Notes: generated by a model from the sequence alone, not told the origin. A stretch of DNA of 64,000 nt from Sulfuricellaceae bacterium (GCA_031426915.1 JASJPB010000007.1:2996-66995), one strand, 5' to 3'. Positions 47,566-57,439 are shown, counted from the first letter of the stretch. Made by a program: numbers and translations.

Positions 47566-49596
47566 ATGCCGCGCGATCTTCCCATCGGGAACGGTACCTT
47601 GCTCGCCGCTCATGATTTCGATTACCGGATACGCGATTTTTATTATCCGCGTGTCGGTAAGGAAAACCATGCGCTCGGTCACCCGTGGCGTTTCGGCGTG
47701 TGGCTGGAGGGCGAGTTTTCCTGGCTCGGGCGTGAAAACTGGAGAATTCAGCGCGATTACGTTTCCGGTGCGCTGGTCACCTCGGTAACGGCGTCCCATG
47801 CGCGCTTGCCGCTACGCCTGCATTTCAACGACGCCATCGACTATGAAAAAAACATCCTGGTGCGCAGGGTGCGGGTGCAAAACCTTTCCCGCCGCGCGCT
47901 GGAGCCGCGCCTGTTCTTCCACACCGACATCAACGCGCTGGAAAACGAGACCGGGGACACGGTTTTTTTCGACCCCAAGAATGCCTGTCTGATCCACTAC
48001 AAGGGTCCGCGCTATTTCCTCATGTGTTGCGCCACCGAAACCACGCTCGGCGTCACGCATTTTGCCACCGGCACCAAGCGCCATCGCGGCCTGGAAGGAA
48101 CCTGGCGCGATGCGGAAGACGGCGAGCTGAGCGGCAACCCGATTGCCCAGGGGGCGGTGGACTCGGTGATCGGCATGCATCTTCAACTTGAACCCGGCGC
48201 GGAAGCGGCGTGCCATTACTGGATGGCGGTGGGCGAGAGCTATCACGAGGTCGAGCAACTGCATCGGCTGGTCACCCAGATCGGCGCGGAGCGTCTGATC
48301 GAGCGCAATATCGATTATTGGCGCCACTGGGTTTCCGCCGGGGAACGCGACTTCGGCGCATTGCCTGCGCTGCTGGTGGAGTGTTACCGGCGCAGTCTGC
48401 TCATTCTGCGCACCCAGATCGATCATGGCGGGGCGGTGATCGCCGCCAACGATACCGACATCCGCCAGTTCAACCAGGATACCTACAGCTATATGTGGCC
48501 GCGCGACGGCGCCATCGTCGCCCAGGCGCTGGACCGCGCCGGCTTCGGCAGCCTGAGCCGGCGCTTCCTCGAATTCTGTACCCAGAAGGCGGTCAACTAC
48601 AATTATTCCGCCAGTATTCTGGCCGAGACCGGCTTCCTGATGCACAAGTACAATCCGGACGGTTCCGTGGGCAGTTCCTGGCAACCCTGGCTGGAAAACG
48701 AGGAAATGGTGTTGCCGATCCAGGAAGACGAAACCGCGCTGGTGATCTGGGCGATCTGGAACCATTACCTGATCCACCGCGACATCGAGGCCATCCGGCC
48801 CTTCTACAGTCCGTTCGTGGAACGGGCCGCCGACTTCCTGCTGGAGTTCCGCGACGAGAAAACCGGGCTGCCGCTGCCTTCCTTCGACCTGTGGGAGGAG
48901 CGGCGCGGCGTGTTCACCTATACCACCGCAACCGTGATCGGCGGGCTGAAGGCGGCCGCCAGCCTGGCTGCCCTGTTCCAGGAGGAGGAGCGCGCCAGCG
49001 CTTGGCTGAGCGGCGCGCTGGCGGTCCGGGCAGCGCTCGACCAGCATCTCTACTGTCCGCGCGAAGGGCGTTTCGCGCGCGGCATCCTGTTCGAGGATGG
49101 CCTCCAGACCAGGGACGCTACCGTCGACGCCAGCCTGCTGGGGCTGGTGATTTTCGGCGGCTACGACCCCCGCGACGAGCGGGTGGCGAGCACCATCCGC
49201 GCGGTCGAGCAGCGCTTGTGGCTGAAAACGGGCAGCGGTGGACTGGCGCGTTATGAAGGCGACGATTACCAGCGCATGGTGCAGCGCAAGGATGTGCCAG
49301 GCAATCCCTGGGTGGTGTCCACGCTGTGGCTGGCGCAGTGCCGCATCGCGGCGGCGCGCGACCGGCGCGAGCTGGATCTGGCCTTGCCGCTGCTGATGTG
49401 GGCGGCGGAGCGGGCGCTTGCGTCCGGGGTGCTGCCGGAACAGGTGCATCCGGAAAGCGGCGAGTTTCTGTCGGTCTCTCCGCTGACCTGGAGCCATGGC
49501 ACGCTGGTGGCGGCGGTGCTGGATTACATCGCGAAAGCGCAAATGCTGGGCAGCCCGCAGCCGCAGCTTGCCGTGGCCGAAATGGACAGGAGGTGA
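47566..49596 (+). CDS. Glycoside hydrolase family 15
   Basis: GAVIAAND, YSYMWPRDG, QEDET, DLWEERRG, GLARYEGDDY, LPEQV, SPLTWSH. Confidence 0.92.
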   Translation: MPRDLPIGNGTLLAAHDFDYRIRDFYYPRVGKENHALGHPWRFGVWLEGEFSWLGRENWRIQRDYVSGALVTSVTASHARLPLRLHFNDAIDYEKNILVRRVRVQNLSRRALEPRLFFHTDINALENETGDTVFFDPKNACLIHYKGPRYFLMCCATETTLGVTHFATGTKRHRGLEGTWRDAEDGELSGNPIAQGAVDSVIGMHLQLEPGAEAACHYWMAVGESYHEVEQLHRLVTQIGAERLIERNIDYWRHWVSAGERDFGALPALLVECYRRSLLILRTQIDHGGAVIAANDTDIRQFNQDTYSYMWPRDGAIVAQALDRAGFGSLSRRFLEFCTQKAVNYNYSASILAETGFLMHKYNPDGSVGSSWQPWLENEEMVLPIQEDETALVIWAIWNHYLIHRDIEAIRPFYSPFVERAADFLLEFRDEKTGLPLPSFDLWEERRGVFTYTTATVIGGLKAAASLAALFQEEERASAWLSGALAVRAALDQHLYCPREGRFARGILFEDGLQTRDATVDASLLGLVIFGGYDPRDERVASTIRAVEQRLWLKTGSGGLARYEGDDYQRMVQRKDVPGNPWVVSTLWLAQCRIAAARDRRELDLALPLLMWAAERALASGVLPEQVHPESGEFLSVSPLTWSHGTLVAAVLDYIAKAQMLGSPQPQLAVAEMDRR

Positions 49597-49600
49597 CGAC

Positions 49601-50887
49601 ATGGCGGACCCGAATTACGGAGCAGTGATTCCGCCCGAATTCGATGACGCGTCGCGCAACCTGCGCCTGGCGTTCCTCAAGTTCGACTCGCGCGACGTGG
49701 AATTACTGCACGATCTGGCCGGTTTGTTCCGGGAACGCAAGATGGAGATCGCCGAGCGTTTCTACGAGCACATGCTTGCCTTCGAGGATACCCGCAAGGT
49801 TTTCAGGGACGAGGCGATGATCCAGCGCCTCAAGCAGGCCCAGGCCAATTATCTGATGGAGGCGGTGGAGGGGCCTTACGATGCGGCCTATTTCGAGCGC
49901 CGCTGGCGCATCGGCTACATCCACAATGCCATCCTGGTGGAACCCCACTGGTTCATCGGCGCGTTCCAGCTCTATCACCGCATCCTTTACCCGATCATCC
50001 TGGAGCGTTACCGGGACGATGCGCAAGCGGTGGTGGACCACATCCTGGCGCTGGACAAGATCATGAACCTGGACCTGCAACTCGGCATCCAGAGCTATTA
50101 CGTTCATTACGAGGGCACCATGGACAAGCTGCGCGAGCTGAACCTGCGCATCGAGGCCGCGAGCACCGCCAAGAGCCAGTTCCTGGCCAACATGTCGCAC
50201 GAGTTCCGCACCCCGCTCAACGCCATCATCGGCTTCACCGAGGTGTTGCAGGACCGCATCCCCGGCGACCTCAATGCCGACCAGGAGGAATACCTGGGCG
50301 ACATACACGATGCCGGTCAGTTGCTGTTGCGCCTGATCAACGACGTGCTCGATCTGTCCAAGGTGGAAGCGGGCCGCCTGGAGCTGTTCTACGAAACTTT
50401 CCCCATCGCCCAGACCGCGCGCGAGACCATCACCACGCTGCGCGGCGCGGCGGAGAAAAAGGGCTTGTCTATCCAGGGAATCCTGCCGCCCGACCTCGGG
50501 CTGATCACGGCGGACCAGATCCGTTTCAAGCAGATCCTGTTCAACCTGTTGTCGAATGCGGTGAAGTTCACCGACAGCGGCGCCATCACGCTTTCCGCCG
50601 CGCTGGAAAACGATGGCCTGCACCTGTCGGTGGCCGATACCGGGATCGGTATCCGCGAGCAGGACATGAACCGCATCTTCGTCGAATTCAGCCAGGTGGA
50701 TGATTCACACGCGCGCCGCCATGAAGGGACCGGGCTCGGGCTGGCGCTATCCAAGCGCCTGGCGGAGGCGCACGGCGGGCGTATCTGGGTGGAGAGCACA
50801 TTCGGCGTGGGCAGCGTGTTTCACGTTCTGTTGCCGCTGCGTCCCGCCGAATCCAGGGCCAAGGCCGTCCAGGAGGAAATGAAATGA
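49601..50887 (+). CDS. Globin-coupled sensor histidine kinase
   Basis: N-terminal sensor globin (RWRIGYIHNAI); FLANMSHEFRTPLNAI; NLLSNAVKF, DTGIGI, GTGLGL. Confidence 0.92.
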   Translation: MADPNYGAVIPPEFDDASRNLRLAFLKFDSRDVELLHDLAGLFRERKMEIAERFYEHMLAFEDTRKVFRDEAMIQRLKQAQANYLMEAVEGPYDAAYFERRWRIGYIHNAILVEPHWFIGAFQLYHRILYPIILERYRDDAQAVVDHILALDKIMNLDLQLGIQSYYVHYEGTMDKLRELNLRIEAASTAKSQFLANMSHEFRTPLNAIIGFTEVLQDRIPGDLNADQEEYLGDIHDAGQLLLRLINDVLDLSKVEAGRLELFYETFPIAQTARETITTLRGAAEKKGLSIQGILPPDLGLITADQIRFKQILFNLLSNAVKFTDSGAITLSAALENDGLHLSVADTGIGIREQDMNRIFVEFSQVDDSHARRHEGTGLGLALSKRLAEAHGGRIWVESTFGVGSVFHVLLPLRPAESRAKAVQEEMK

Positions 50888-51705
50888 GGCACGAGGGCTT
50901 GGACAGCAGCTTGTGCGGTCCGGTCGCAGGGCGCTGCCCGGACCCGCTCAAAACCATCCTGGTGGTGGAAGACAACCCCCAGGCGGCCAAGCTGCTGTCC
51001 CTTTACCTGATCCAGGCGGGCTACCTGGTCATGGTCGCATCCAACGGCTGCCAGGCGGTGCAACTGGCTACGCAATGCCACCCGCTGGCGATCACGCTGG
51101 ACATATTGCTGCCCGACCAGGACGGCTGGCAGGTGCTGTCCGAACTCAAGGCCTCGCCCCTTACCCGCGACATCCCGGTGGTGATCGTGTCGGTGCTGGA
51201 TCGCCAGGCGCTCGGTTTCAGGCTGGGCGCCTCGGACTATCTGGTCAAGCCGGTGGAACGCGCCGACTTGCTGCATGCGCTGCGGCGCTGCATTCCGCGC
51301 GAGGGCGAGAACGGCGTGTGCCACAAGGTGATGGTGGTGCATACCAACCCGGAGGAATTGAACCTGCTGGCCATGATCCTGGCGCAGGAAAACTACCAGG
51401 TGATCCAGGCCCTGGGTTCGGAGGAGGCGGCCAGCCTGGCCAAATATGCCCATCCCGATCTGGTGGTGACCAATCTGGTGGCCGGCGGAATGGATTTTTT
51501 CGCCCTGCTGGAAGGCCTCAGGGCGGCACCGGAGACCGCGACCATCCCGGTCCTGGCCCTGACGCCGTGGGTTTTCGGCGCCAGGCAGGGCGCGCCGGTG
51601 GAGGAGGGGATCGAGTTTGTGCTGATGCGGGAAAACGAACTGGTCGAGGAACGCCTGCTGTCTGCCGTTACCCTGCTGTTCAAGCGGGAAAAGCAGGCCG
51701 GCTGA
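50884..51705 (+). CDS. Tandem receiver protein (REC + pseudo-REC)
   Basis: Domain 1 has VEDN and ITLDILLP; domain 2 has Asn at the phospho-Asp position (LVVTNLV). Confidence 0.88.
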   Translation: MRHEGLDSSLCGPVAGRCPDPLKTILVVEDNPQAAKLLSLYLIQAGYLVMVASNGCQAVQLATQCHPLAITLDILLPDQDGWQVLSELKASPLTRDIPVVIVSVLDRQALGFRLGASDYLVKPVERADLLHALRRCIPREGENGVCHKVMVVHTNPEELNLLAMILAQENYQVIQALGSEEAASLAKYAHPDLVVTNLVAGGMDFFALLEGLRAAPETATIPVLALTPWVFGARQGAPVEEGIEFVLMRENELVEERLLSAVTLLFKREKQAG

Positions 51706-51723
51706 GGAGGGCGGGGAAATATT

Positions 51724-52122
51724 ATGGAACAGCAAGCGAAGACCATCCTGCTGGTCGAGGATGATGAGACCAACCGCAAGCTGGTGCGCGTCGTACTCGC
51801 CGGCAGGCACTACCTGATCCGCGAGGCGGGAAGCGTGGAGGAGGCCCTGGCGTTGCTCAAGGACGGCAAGCCGGACCTGATGCTGTTCGACATCCGTCTC
51901 GGCGACGGCAGCGGCCTGGACCTGATCCGCAGCGTGCGAGCCGACCCGTCCTTCGACGCGGTGCCGGCGGTGGCCATCACGGCCCAGGCCATGAAGGACG
52001 ATGAAGGGCGCTTCCTTGCCGCCGGTTTCGACGCTTATATCAGCAAGCCGGTCGATACCCGGCGTCTGCCGGAGGTGGTGGAGCGTTTTATCCGCGAAGG
52101 CAGGAGGGCCGGTCATGCTTGA
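51724..52122 (+). CDS. Single-domain response regulator (DivK-like)
   Basis: LLVEDDETN, LMLFDIRL, AITAQAM, YISKP. Confidence 0.93.
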   Translation: MEQQAKTILLVEDDETNRKLVRVVLAGRHYLIREAGSVEEALALLKDGKPDLMLFDIRLGDGSGLDLIRSVRADPSFDAVPAVAITAQAMKDDEGRFLAAGFDAYISKPVDTRRLPEVVERFIREGRRAGHA

Positions 52123-52834
52123 CGGGATTTCATCGGCCGGGGCGACGGTGCTGGTGGTCGACGACGCGCCGCCCAACGTGAAACTGCTGCGCCTGATCCT
52201 GAAGGATGCCGGCTACCGCGTGCTGGAAGCCGCCAGCGGTCCCGAAGCGCTGGCAACGCTGCGCAGCGAAAAACCCGACGTCATGGTGCTGGACGTGCGC
52301 ATGCCCGGCATGACGGGCTACGACGTTTGCCGCGAAATCCGTCACGATGCCGAGTTCGCCACGCTGCCGGTAATCATGGTGACCGCCCTGTCGCTGCCGG
52401 AAGAGCGCATCAAGGGCATCGAGGCCGGCGCCACCGATTTCATCACCAAGCCTTTCAACAAGAAGGAGTTGCTGGCGCGTATCCAGCTCAGTCTGGCCCT
52501 GGCGAAAAGCGGCAGGAACGCTATCGTTCCCCAACTCCCCGGTGCGGTGGTGATTGCCGACGCGGACTGGACAGTGCTTTGCATGTCGCCCCTGGCCGCG
52601 ATTGTGCTGGGCATTTCCGCGAACGGCATCAGCGGGCTGGATTTCACCCAGCTTGTCGACCAGGCGGAAAAAGACCGCCTCTTCTCCGGCGAACATCCCG
52701 AGTTGTTTCACGTTTTCAATGCCGCCACGGGAAATGTCCTCGATGCCCGGCTAACGCTGGTTATCGGTCCCGGCGGGAATTTGCTGTTGCGCGCGATCGC
52801 TTTGAGCGAGCCGCTTCGCCCCGCTTCGGGATGA
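52115..52834 (+). CDS. Response regulator (REC + short PAS-like domain)
   Basis: LVVDDAPPN, MVLDVRMPG, FITKPF; C-terminal GAVVIADADWTVLCMSP. Confidence 0.85.
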   Translation: MLDGISSAGATVLVVDDAPPNVKLLRLILKDAGYRVLEAASGPEALATLRSEKPDVMVLDVRMPGMTGYDVCREIRHDAEFATLPVIMVTALSLPEERIKGIEAGATDFITKPFNKKELLARIQLSLALAKSGRNAIVPQLPGAVVIADADWTVLCMSPLAAIVLGISANGISGLDFTQLVDQAEKDRLFSGEHPELFHVFNAATGNVLDARLTLVIGPGGNLLLRAIALSEPLRPASG

Positions 52835-52952
52835 CCCGGCCGGCGGATTTGTTGTCACTGTCGGGATGAAATGGAACCGATGTTGATATTTATCATCGAA
52901 TGTATTGTGTAATATAAAGTCTTGTGGGTATTAACTTCAGGGTCATGATCAA

Positions 52953-53771
52953 GTGGCAAAATTGAGTCCCTTGCTGGTTGTAGTGCTTGCGGCAAGCATC
53001 CTGCTTCCCGGTTGCGCCGGCGTCGGGCCGGCGCGTGTCGCCAAGGCGCACGCGCGTCCCGATTTTTCGGGCCACAAGGCGTTCAGCCAGCTTGATTTAT
53101 TTGCGGCGGAAGATGCGCTTGTGGCCATCGCTCCGAATATCTACGTCGACCGGGATATTTCCTCCGCGAATGCCGCGCACCTGCTGAATCTGGTGGACAA
53201 GGCCAGAATCAGGGCGGGCTACTATTACGGCGAGCTGGTGTCGAAGCCGGAGATCCTGTTCTGCTCCAGCATGGAGAGCTACCGGAAGTTCGGCGGAGTC
53301 GGTCTCGGCTACACGCTTGGCAATACCATCCTGATTTCCCCATATGGCTGGCGGGCGGCGATTTTGAGCCATGAGTTGTCCCATGTGGAACTGGCGGCGC
53401 GCCTGGGCGGCCTGCCCGAGGTTCTGGACAAGGTGCCGCAATGGTTTGACGAGGGTGCCGCGGTGATGGTCAGCATGGCCCACGAGTTTTCCGATGAGGC
53501 ATGGCGCGAGGCCAGCCATAACGGGGAAGATTCTCCCCGCTTGAGCGAACTTGAAAGCGTGGCAAGCTGGAACAGCGTCACCGGCGCGAATGGTGTCAAC
53601 ATGCAACGATCCTACGGAACCGCCCGGCAGGAGGTCATCAGATGGTACGCCGTGGTCGGGCGCAGGGGTATGGAGCAGTTGATCCAGGCGCTGAAGGCGA
53701 ATCAGGATTTTCACCTGGCCTACCGGGGTATTGAGGATTCCTCGGTCATGCATTTGGCCGTGAGAGAGTAA
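52953..53771 (+). CDS. Lipoprotein with HExxH metallopeptidase motif
   Basis: Lipobox LPGC; HELSH and WFDEG. Confidence 0.7.
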   Translation: MAKLSPLLVVVLAASILLPGCAGVGPARVAKAHARPDFSGHKAFSQLDLFAAEDALVAIAPNIYVDRDISSANAAHLLNLVDKARIRAGYYYGELVSKPEILFCSSMESYRKFGGVGLGYTLGNTILISPYGWRAAILSHELSHVELAARLGGLPEVLDKVPQWFDEGAAVMVSMAHEFSDEAWREASHNGEDSPRLSELESVASWNSVTGANGVNMQRSYGTARQEVIRWYAVVGRRGMEQLIQALKANQDFHLAYRGIEDSSVMHLAVRE

Positions 53772-54012
53772 CACTTAACCCGGGTTGTCCATTAGCCAGT
53801 ATCCGTCCAAAACGGCATGCTGTAGGGGCGAATTTATTCGCCAATGGCGGTTAAAACCGCACCTGCTAATAAGCAAAAACGGACCTGGCGGTCCCGGAAC
53901 TTTCACCCGTTTGCAGAATCTTAAATATACCCGACAAAATCAGTCGGATATGTTGTAGCTGTCCTATAACGGAAAATCATCTTCCGTTTCAAGCTGTTGA
54001 AAGGAGATCATC

Positions 54013-54321
54013 ATGAAAAGCAAATTACTTTTGGCTTTGGCTTCATTGATTATCGGAATGGCAAGTTTCGGCGCGAATAGCGTTTATGCCGATATGACTA
54101 CGGGCATGCCAACCCAGACACAATCCAGGTTCTGCTCACACGAGGCCTGGAATGTATTCGAGCCGAATTGTGCCGGCAACATTACCGGGCGCGAAGGCAA
54201 GGCGGCATACGGTGAGCCTCGCGAGGTAAAAATGGAGACTACCGGATCGCGTGCTCTATTTTGTTCCACGGAAGGTTTGAACCTTCTCGAACCGAACTGC
54301 GTTGGCGATATACGCAAATAG
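54013..54321 (+). CDS. Small secreted protein with two Cys-pair repeats
   Basis: RBS AAGGAG; signal peptide; FCSHEAWNVFEPNCAG and FCSTEGLNLLEPNCVG. Confidence 0.7.
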   Translation: MKSKLLLALASLIIGMASFGANSVYADMTTGMPTQTQSRFCSHEAWNVFEPNCAGNITGREGKAAYGEPREVKMETTGSRALFCSTEGLNLLEPNCVGDIRK

Positions 54322-54438
54322 CCAGGCAGCTTCACATCCCCCCAAGACGCGATTCGCGCCGATCATTCACGGCATCACAACTCCCACAGGTGTTCGGCAG
54401 TCCAGCGAGTCGCATCGTCGCGGGGTTTAATCATCCAT

Positions 54439-54469
54439 GAACCAGAACGCAGGAAATGCGTTCTGGTTC
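54439..54469. other. Perfect 13-bp hairpin upstream of the cox operon
   Basis: GAACCAGAACGCA-GGAAA-TGCGTTCTGGTTC. Confidence 0.55.
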
Positions 54470-54660
54470 GTGCGCGTCAAGTTTCCACGTCTACATGGAA
54501 TTACCCATTCCTTATGGGTGATTCACCCGATGTATTTCTCATGTCGTCTACCTAATACTGCGGTCGTGGACAAAATAATCAGCGCTCTCAAGAACTAGCA
54601 ATACCGTCCGCCGAGCTGTTGCCCGCGTAATCCGAGACACACATCCGAGGGGGAGCACGC

Positions 54661-55827
54661 ATGCCGGTACTATCGCCGATCACAATGCTGCCGGGTGTGC
54701 TGGCTGTGCTCTTTTCCATGCCGGCGCGGGCGGACCTGGCCTGGAATTTCCCCACGCCGGTCACGCCGCTGGCCCTCGACACGCTCCAGGTCCACAACAA
54801 ATTCATGGTGATCACGCTGGTCATCTTCGTGGTGGTGTTCGCCATCATGATCTATTCCATTTTCCGCCATCGCAAGAGCCAGGGCTATGAGGCGGCCAAG
54901 TTCACCGGACCCGGCACGGCGGCGCAGGTTTTCTGGACCACGGTGCCGTTCCTGATCCTGGTGTTCATCGATTTCGTCCTGATGGGCATTCCCGCCTATC
55001 ACAGCGTGCTGATGATGGAGGACACGCGCACCGACGCCGACATGGTGGTCAAAGTCACCGGCAGCCAGTGGAAGTGGCAGTACGAGTACCCCGGCGAGGG
55101 CATCAAGTTCGTCAGCGCGCTGGCCACCTCCCAGCAGCAGATCGACAATCAGGCCGCGAAAGGCGAGCACTACCTGCTGGAGGTGGATAACCCCCTGGTG
55201 CTGCCGGTGGGCAAGAAAGTGCGCTTCCTGCTGACGTCCACCGATGTGATTCACACCTGGTGGGTGCCCCAGTTCGGCGTCAAGCGCGATGCCATTCCCG
55301 GCTTCATCCGCGAGACCTGGGCGCGCATCGAGCAGCCCGGCGTGTATCGCGGCCAATGCGCCGAACTGTGCGGCAAGGGCCACGGTTTCATGCCGGTGGT
55401 GGTGCAGGCACTGCCCGAGGCGGAGTACCGCCACTGGCTGGCGCAAAAGAAATCCGGCCAGGCCGCTCTGGCGGCCAGCGCGGAGCGGGTATGGACGCGC
55501 GAGGAACTGGTCAGGCACGGCCAGGAGGTGTACGAAAAAGTCTGCGCCGCCTGTCACCAGCCCGCCGGCCAGGGGCTGCCCGGCACGTTCCCGGCGCTGG
55601 CCGGCAGCAAGATCGTCAACGGGCCGATGCTGGACAAGGACGGCCGTCTGGTGAAGGACGGCCACCTCGACCGGGTGATGAACGGCAAGCCAGGCACCGC
55701 CATGCAGGCGTTCAAGGCCACCCTGAGCGACGTCGACATCGCCGCGGTGACGACCTACGAGCGCAATGCATTCGGCAACAAGATGGGCGACCTGGTGCAG
55801 CCTGCCCAGGTGAAGACCTTGCGGTGA
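54661..55827 (+). CDS. coxB: Cytochrome c oxidase subunit II with C-terminal cytochrome c
   Basis: VIHTWW, CAELCGKGHGFM (CuA); CAACH. Confidence 0.97.
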   Translation: MPVLSPITMLPGVLAVLFSMPARADLAWNFPTPVTPLALDTLQVHNKFMVITLVIFVVVFAIMIYSIFRHRKSQGYEAAKFTGPGTAAQVFWTTVPFLILVFIDFVLMGIPAYHSVLMMEDTRTDADMVVKVTGSQWKWQYEYPGEGIKFVSALATSQQQIDNQAAKGEHYLLEVDNPLVLPVGKKVRFLLTSTDVIHTWWVPQFGVKRDAIPGFIRETWARIEQPGVYRGQCAELCGKGHGFMPVVVQALPEAEYRHWLAQKKSGQAALAASAERVWTREELVRHGQEVYEKVCAACHQPAGQGLPGTFPALAGSKIVNGPMLDKDGRLVKDGHLDRVMNGKPGTAMQAFKATLSDVDIAAVTTYERNAFGNKMGDLVQPAQVKTLR

Positions 55828-55839
55828 GGAGATGGCACG

Positions 55840-57432
55840 ATGACAAGCGCTGAAATGGCACTGACGCACGGCGAAGCCGGCCATCACAAGGGTCTGGCGC
55901 GCTGGCTGTTCACCACCAACCACAAGGACATCGGCACCATGTATCTGGTGTTTTCCCTGCTGATGTTCTTCGTCGGCGGGGGAATGATCATGCTGGTGCG
56001 GGTGGAACTGTTCCAGCCCGGCTTGCAGATCATGCAGCCGGAGCTGTTCAACCAGCTCATCGGCGTGCACGCGCTGGTGATGATCTTCATGGCGCTGATG
56101 CCGGCCGCGACCGGCTTCGCCAACTGGATGATCCCGCTCATGATCGGCGCGCCGGACATGGCTCTGCCGCGCCTCAACAACTGGAGCTTCTGGCTGCTGC
56201 CGCCGGCCGCCACCCTGTTGCTGATGCCGTTCGCGCTGGCGCTGTTCGGCGTGGGCAACGGCGCGGTCGCCACCGGCTGGACCTTCTACGCGCCGCTTTC
56301 GGTGCAGGAGGGGATGGGGACCGATTTCGCGATCTTCGCCATCCACCTGCTGGGCGTGTCCTCGGTGATGGGCTCGATCAACATCATCGTCACCATCTTC
56401 AACCTGCGTGCGCCCGGCATGACCATGATGAAACTGCCGCTGTTCGCCTGGGGCTGGCTGCTGACCGCCTTCATGCTGGTGGCGGCGATCCCGGTGCTGG
56501 CCGGCGCGGTCACCATGCTGCTCACCGACCGCCATTTCGGCACCCATTTCTTCAATGCCGCCGGCGGCGGCGATCCCATCCTGTTCCAGCACCTGTTCTG
56601 GTTCTTCGGCCATCCCGAGGTCTACATCGTGCTGTTCCCGGTGTGGGGCTTCACCCCCCATATCCTTTCCACCTTCGCGCGCAAGCCGATCTACGGCTAC
56701 CGCGCCCAGGTCTACGCATTCTGGGTCATCGGCGTGCTGTCGGTGGTGGTGTGGGGCCATCACATCATGACCACCGGGATGGCCACATCCACCTTGCTGT
56801 ATTTCATGTACAGCACCATGGCGATTTCGCTGCCGCTGTCGGTGCTGTTCTTCTGCTGGATCGCCACGGCCTGGCGCGGCGCCATGAGCTTCGAGGCGCC
56901 GATGCTGTTCGCGCTGGGCATGATCGTGCTGTTCGGCATCGGCGGTCTGACCGGCCTGGTGCTGGCCGACGCGGCGGCGGACGCGCAGTACCACCATTCC
57001 TACTTCGTGGTGGCGCACTTCCACTACACCCTGTTCGCCGGGGGCATCATGGGCATGATGGCGGGCACCTATTACTGGCTACCCAAGATGACCGGGCACA
57101 TGTACGACGAAACCCTGGCGCAATGGCATTTCTGGCTCACCGCCATCGCCTTCAACCTCACCTTCATCCCCCAGTTCTTCCTCGGACTGGCGGGCATGCC
57201 GCGCCGCATCCCGGACTACGCGCTGCAATTCTCCGAGTTCAATATGTTGTCCAGCATTGGCGCCTTCATCCTCGGCGCGGCCCAACTGCTGTTCCTCTAC
57301 GTGGTTGTAAAATGCATTCGCGGCGGACCCCCGGCACCGGCCCAGGTGTGGGAGGGCGCCGAGGGGCTGGAATGGACCTTGCCGTCCCCGCCGCCGCGTC
57401 ACACCTTCCATACCCAGCCGCATGTCGAGTGA
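55840..57432 (+). CDS. coxA: Heme-copper oxidase subunit I, A1-type motif, K-pathway residues substituted
   Basis: HKDIG, GHPEVY, WGHH, HFHY, GMPRR. Confidence 0.97.
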   Translation: MTSAEMALTHGEAGHHKGLARWLFTTNHKDIGTMYLVFSLLMFFVGGGMIMLVRVELFQPGLQIMQPELFNQLIGVHALVMIFMALMPAATGFANWMIPLMIGAPDMALPRLNNWSFWLLPPAATLLLMPFALALFGVGNGAVATGWTFYAPLSVQEGMGTDFAIFAIHLLGVSSVMGSINIIVTIFNLRAPGMTMMKLPLFAWGWLLTAFMLVAAIPVLAGAVTMLLTDRHFGTHFFNAAGGGDPILFQHLFWFFGHPEVYIVLFPVWGFTPHILSTFARKPIYGYRAQVYAFWVIGVLSVVVWGHHIMTTGMATSTLLYFMYSTMAISLPLSVLFFCWIATAWRGAMSFEAPMLFALGMIVLFGIGGLTGLVLADAAADAQYHHSYFVVAHFHYTLFAGGIMGMMAGTYYWLPKMTGHMYDETLAQWHFWLTAIAFNLTFIPQFFLGLAGMPRRIPDYALQFSEFNMLSSIGAFILGAAQLLFLYVVVKCIRGGPPAPAQVWEGAEGLEWTLPSPPPRHTFHTQPHVE

Positions 57433-57439
57433 GGCTGCC

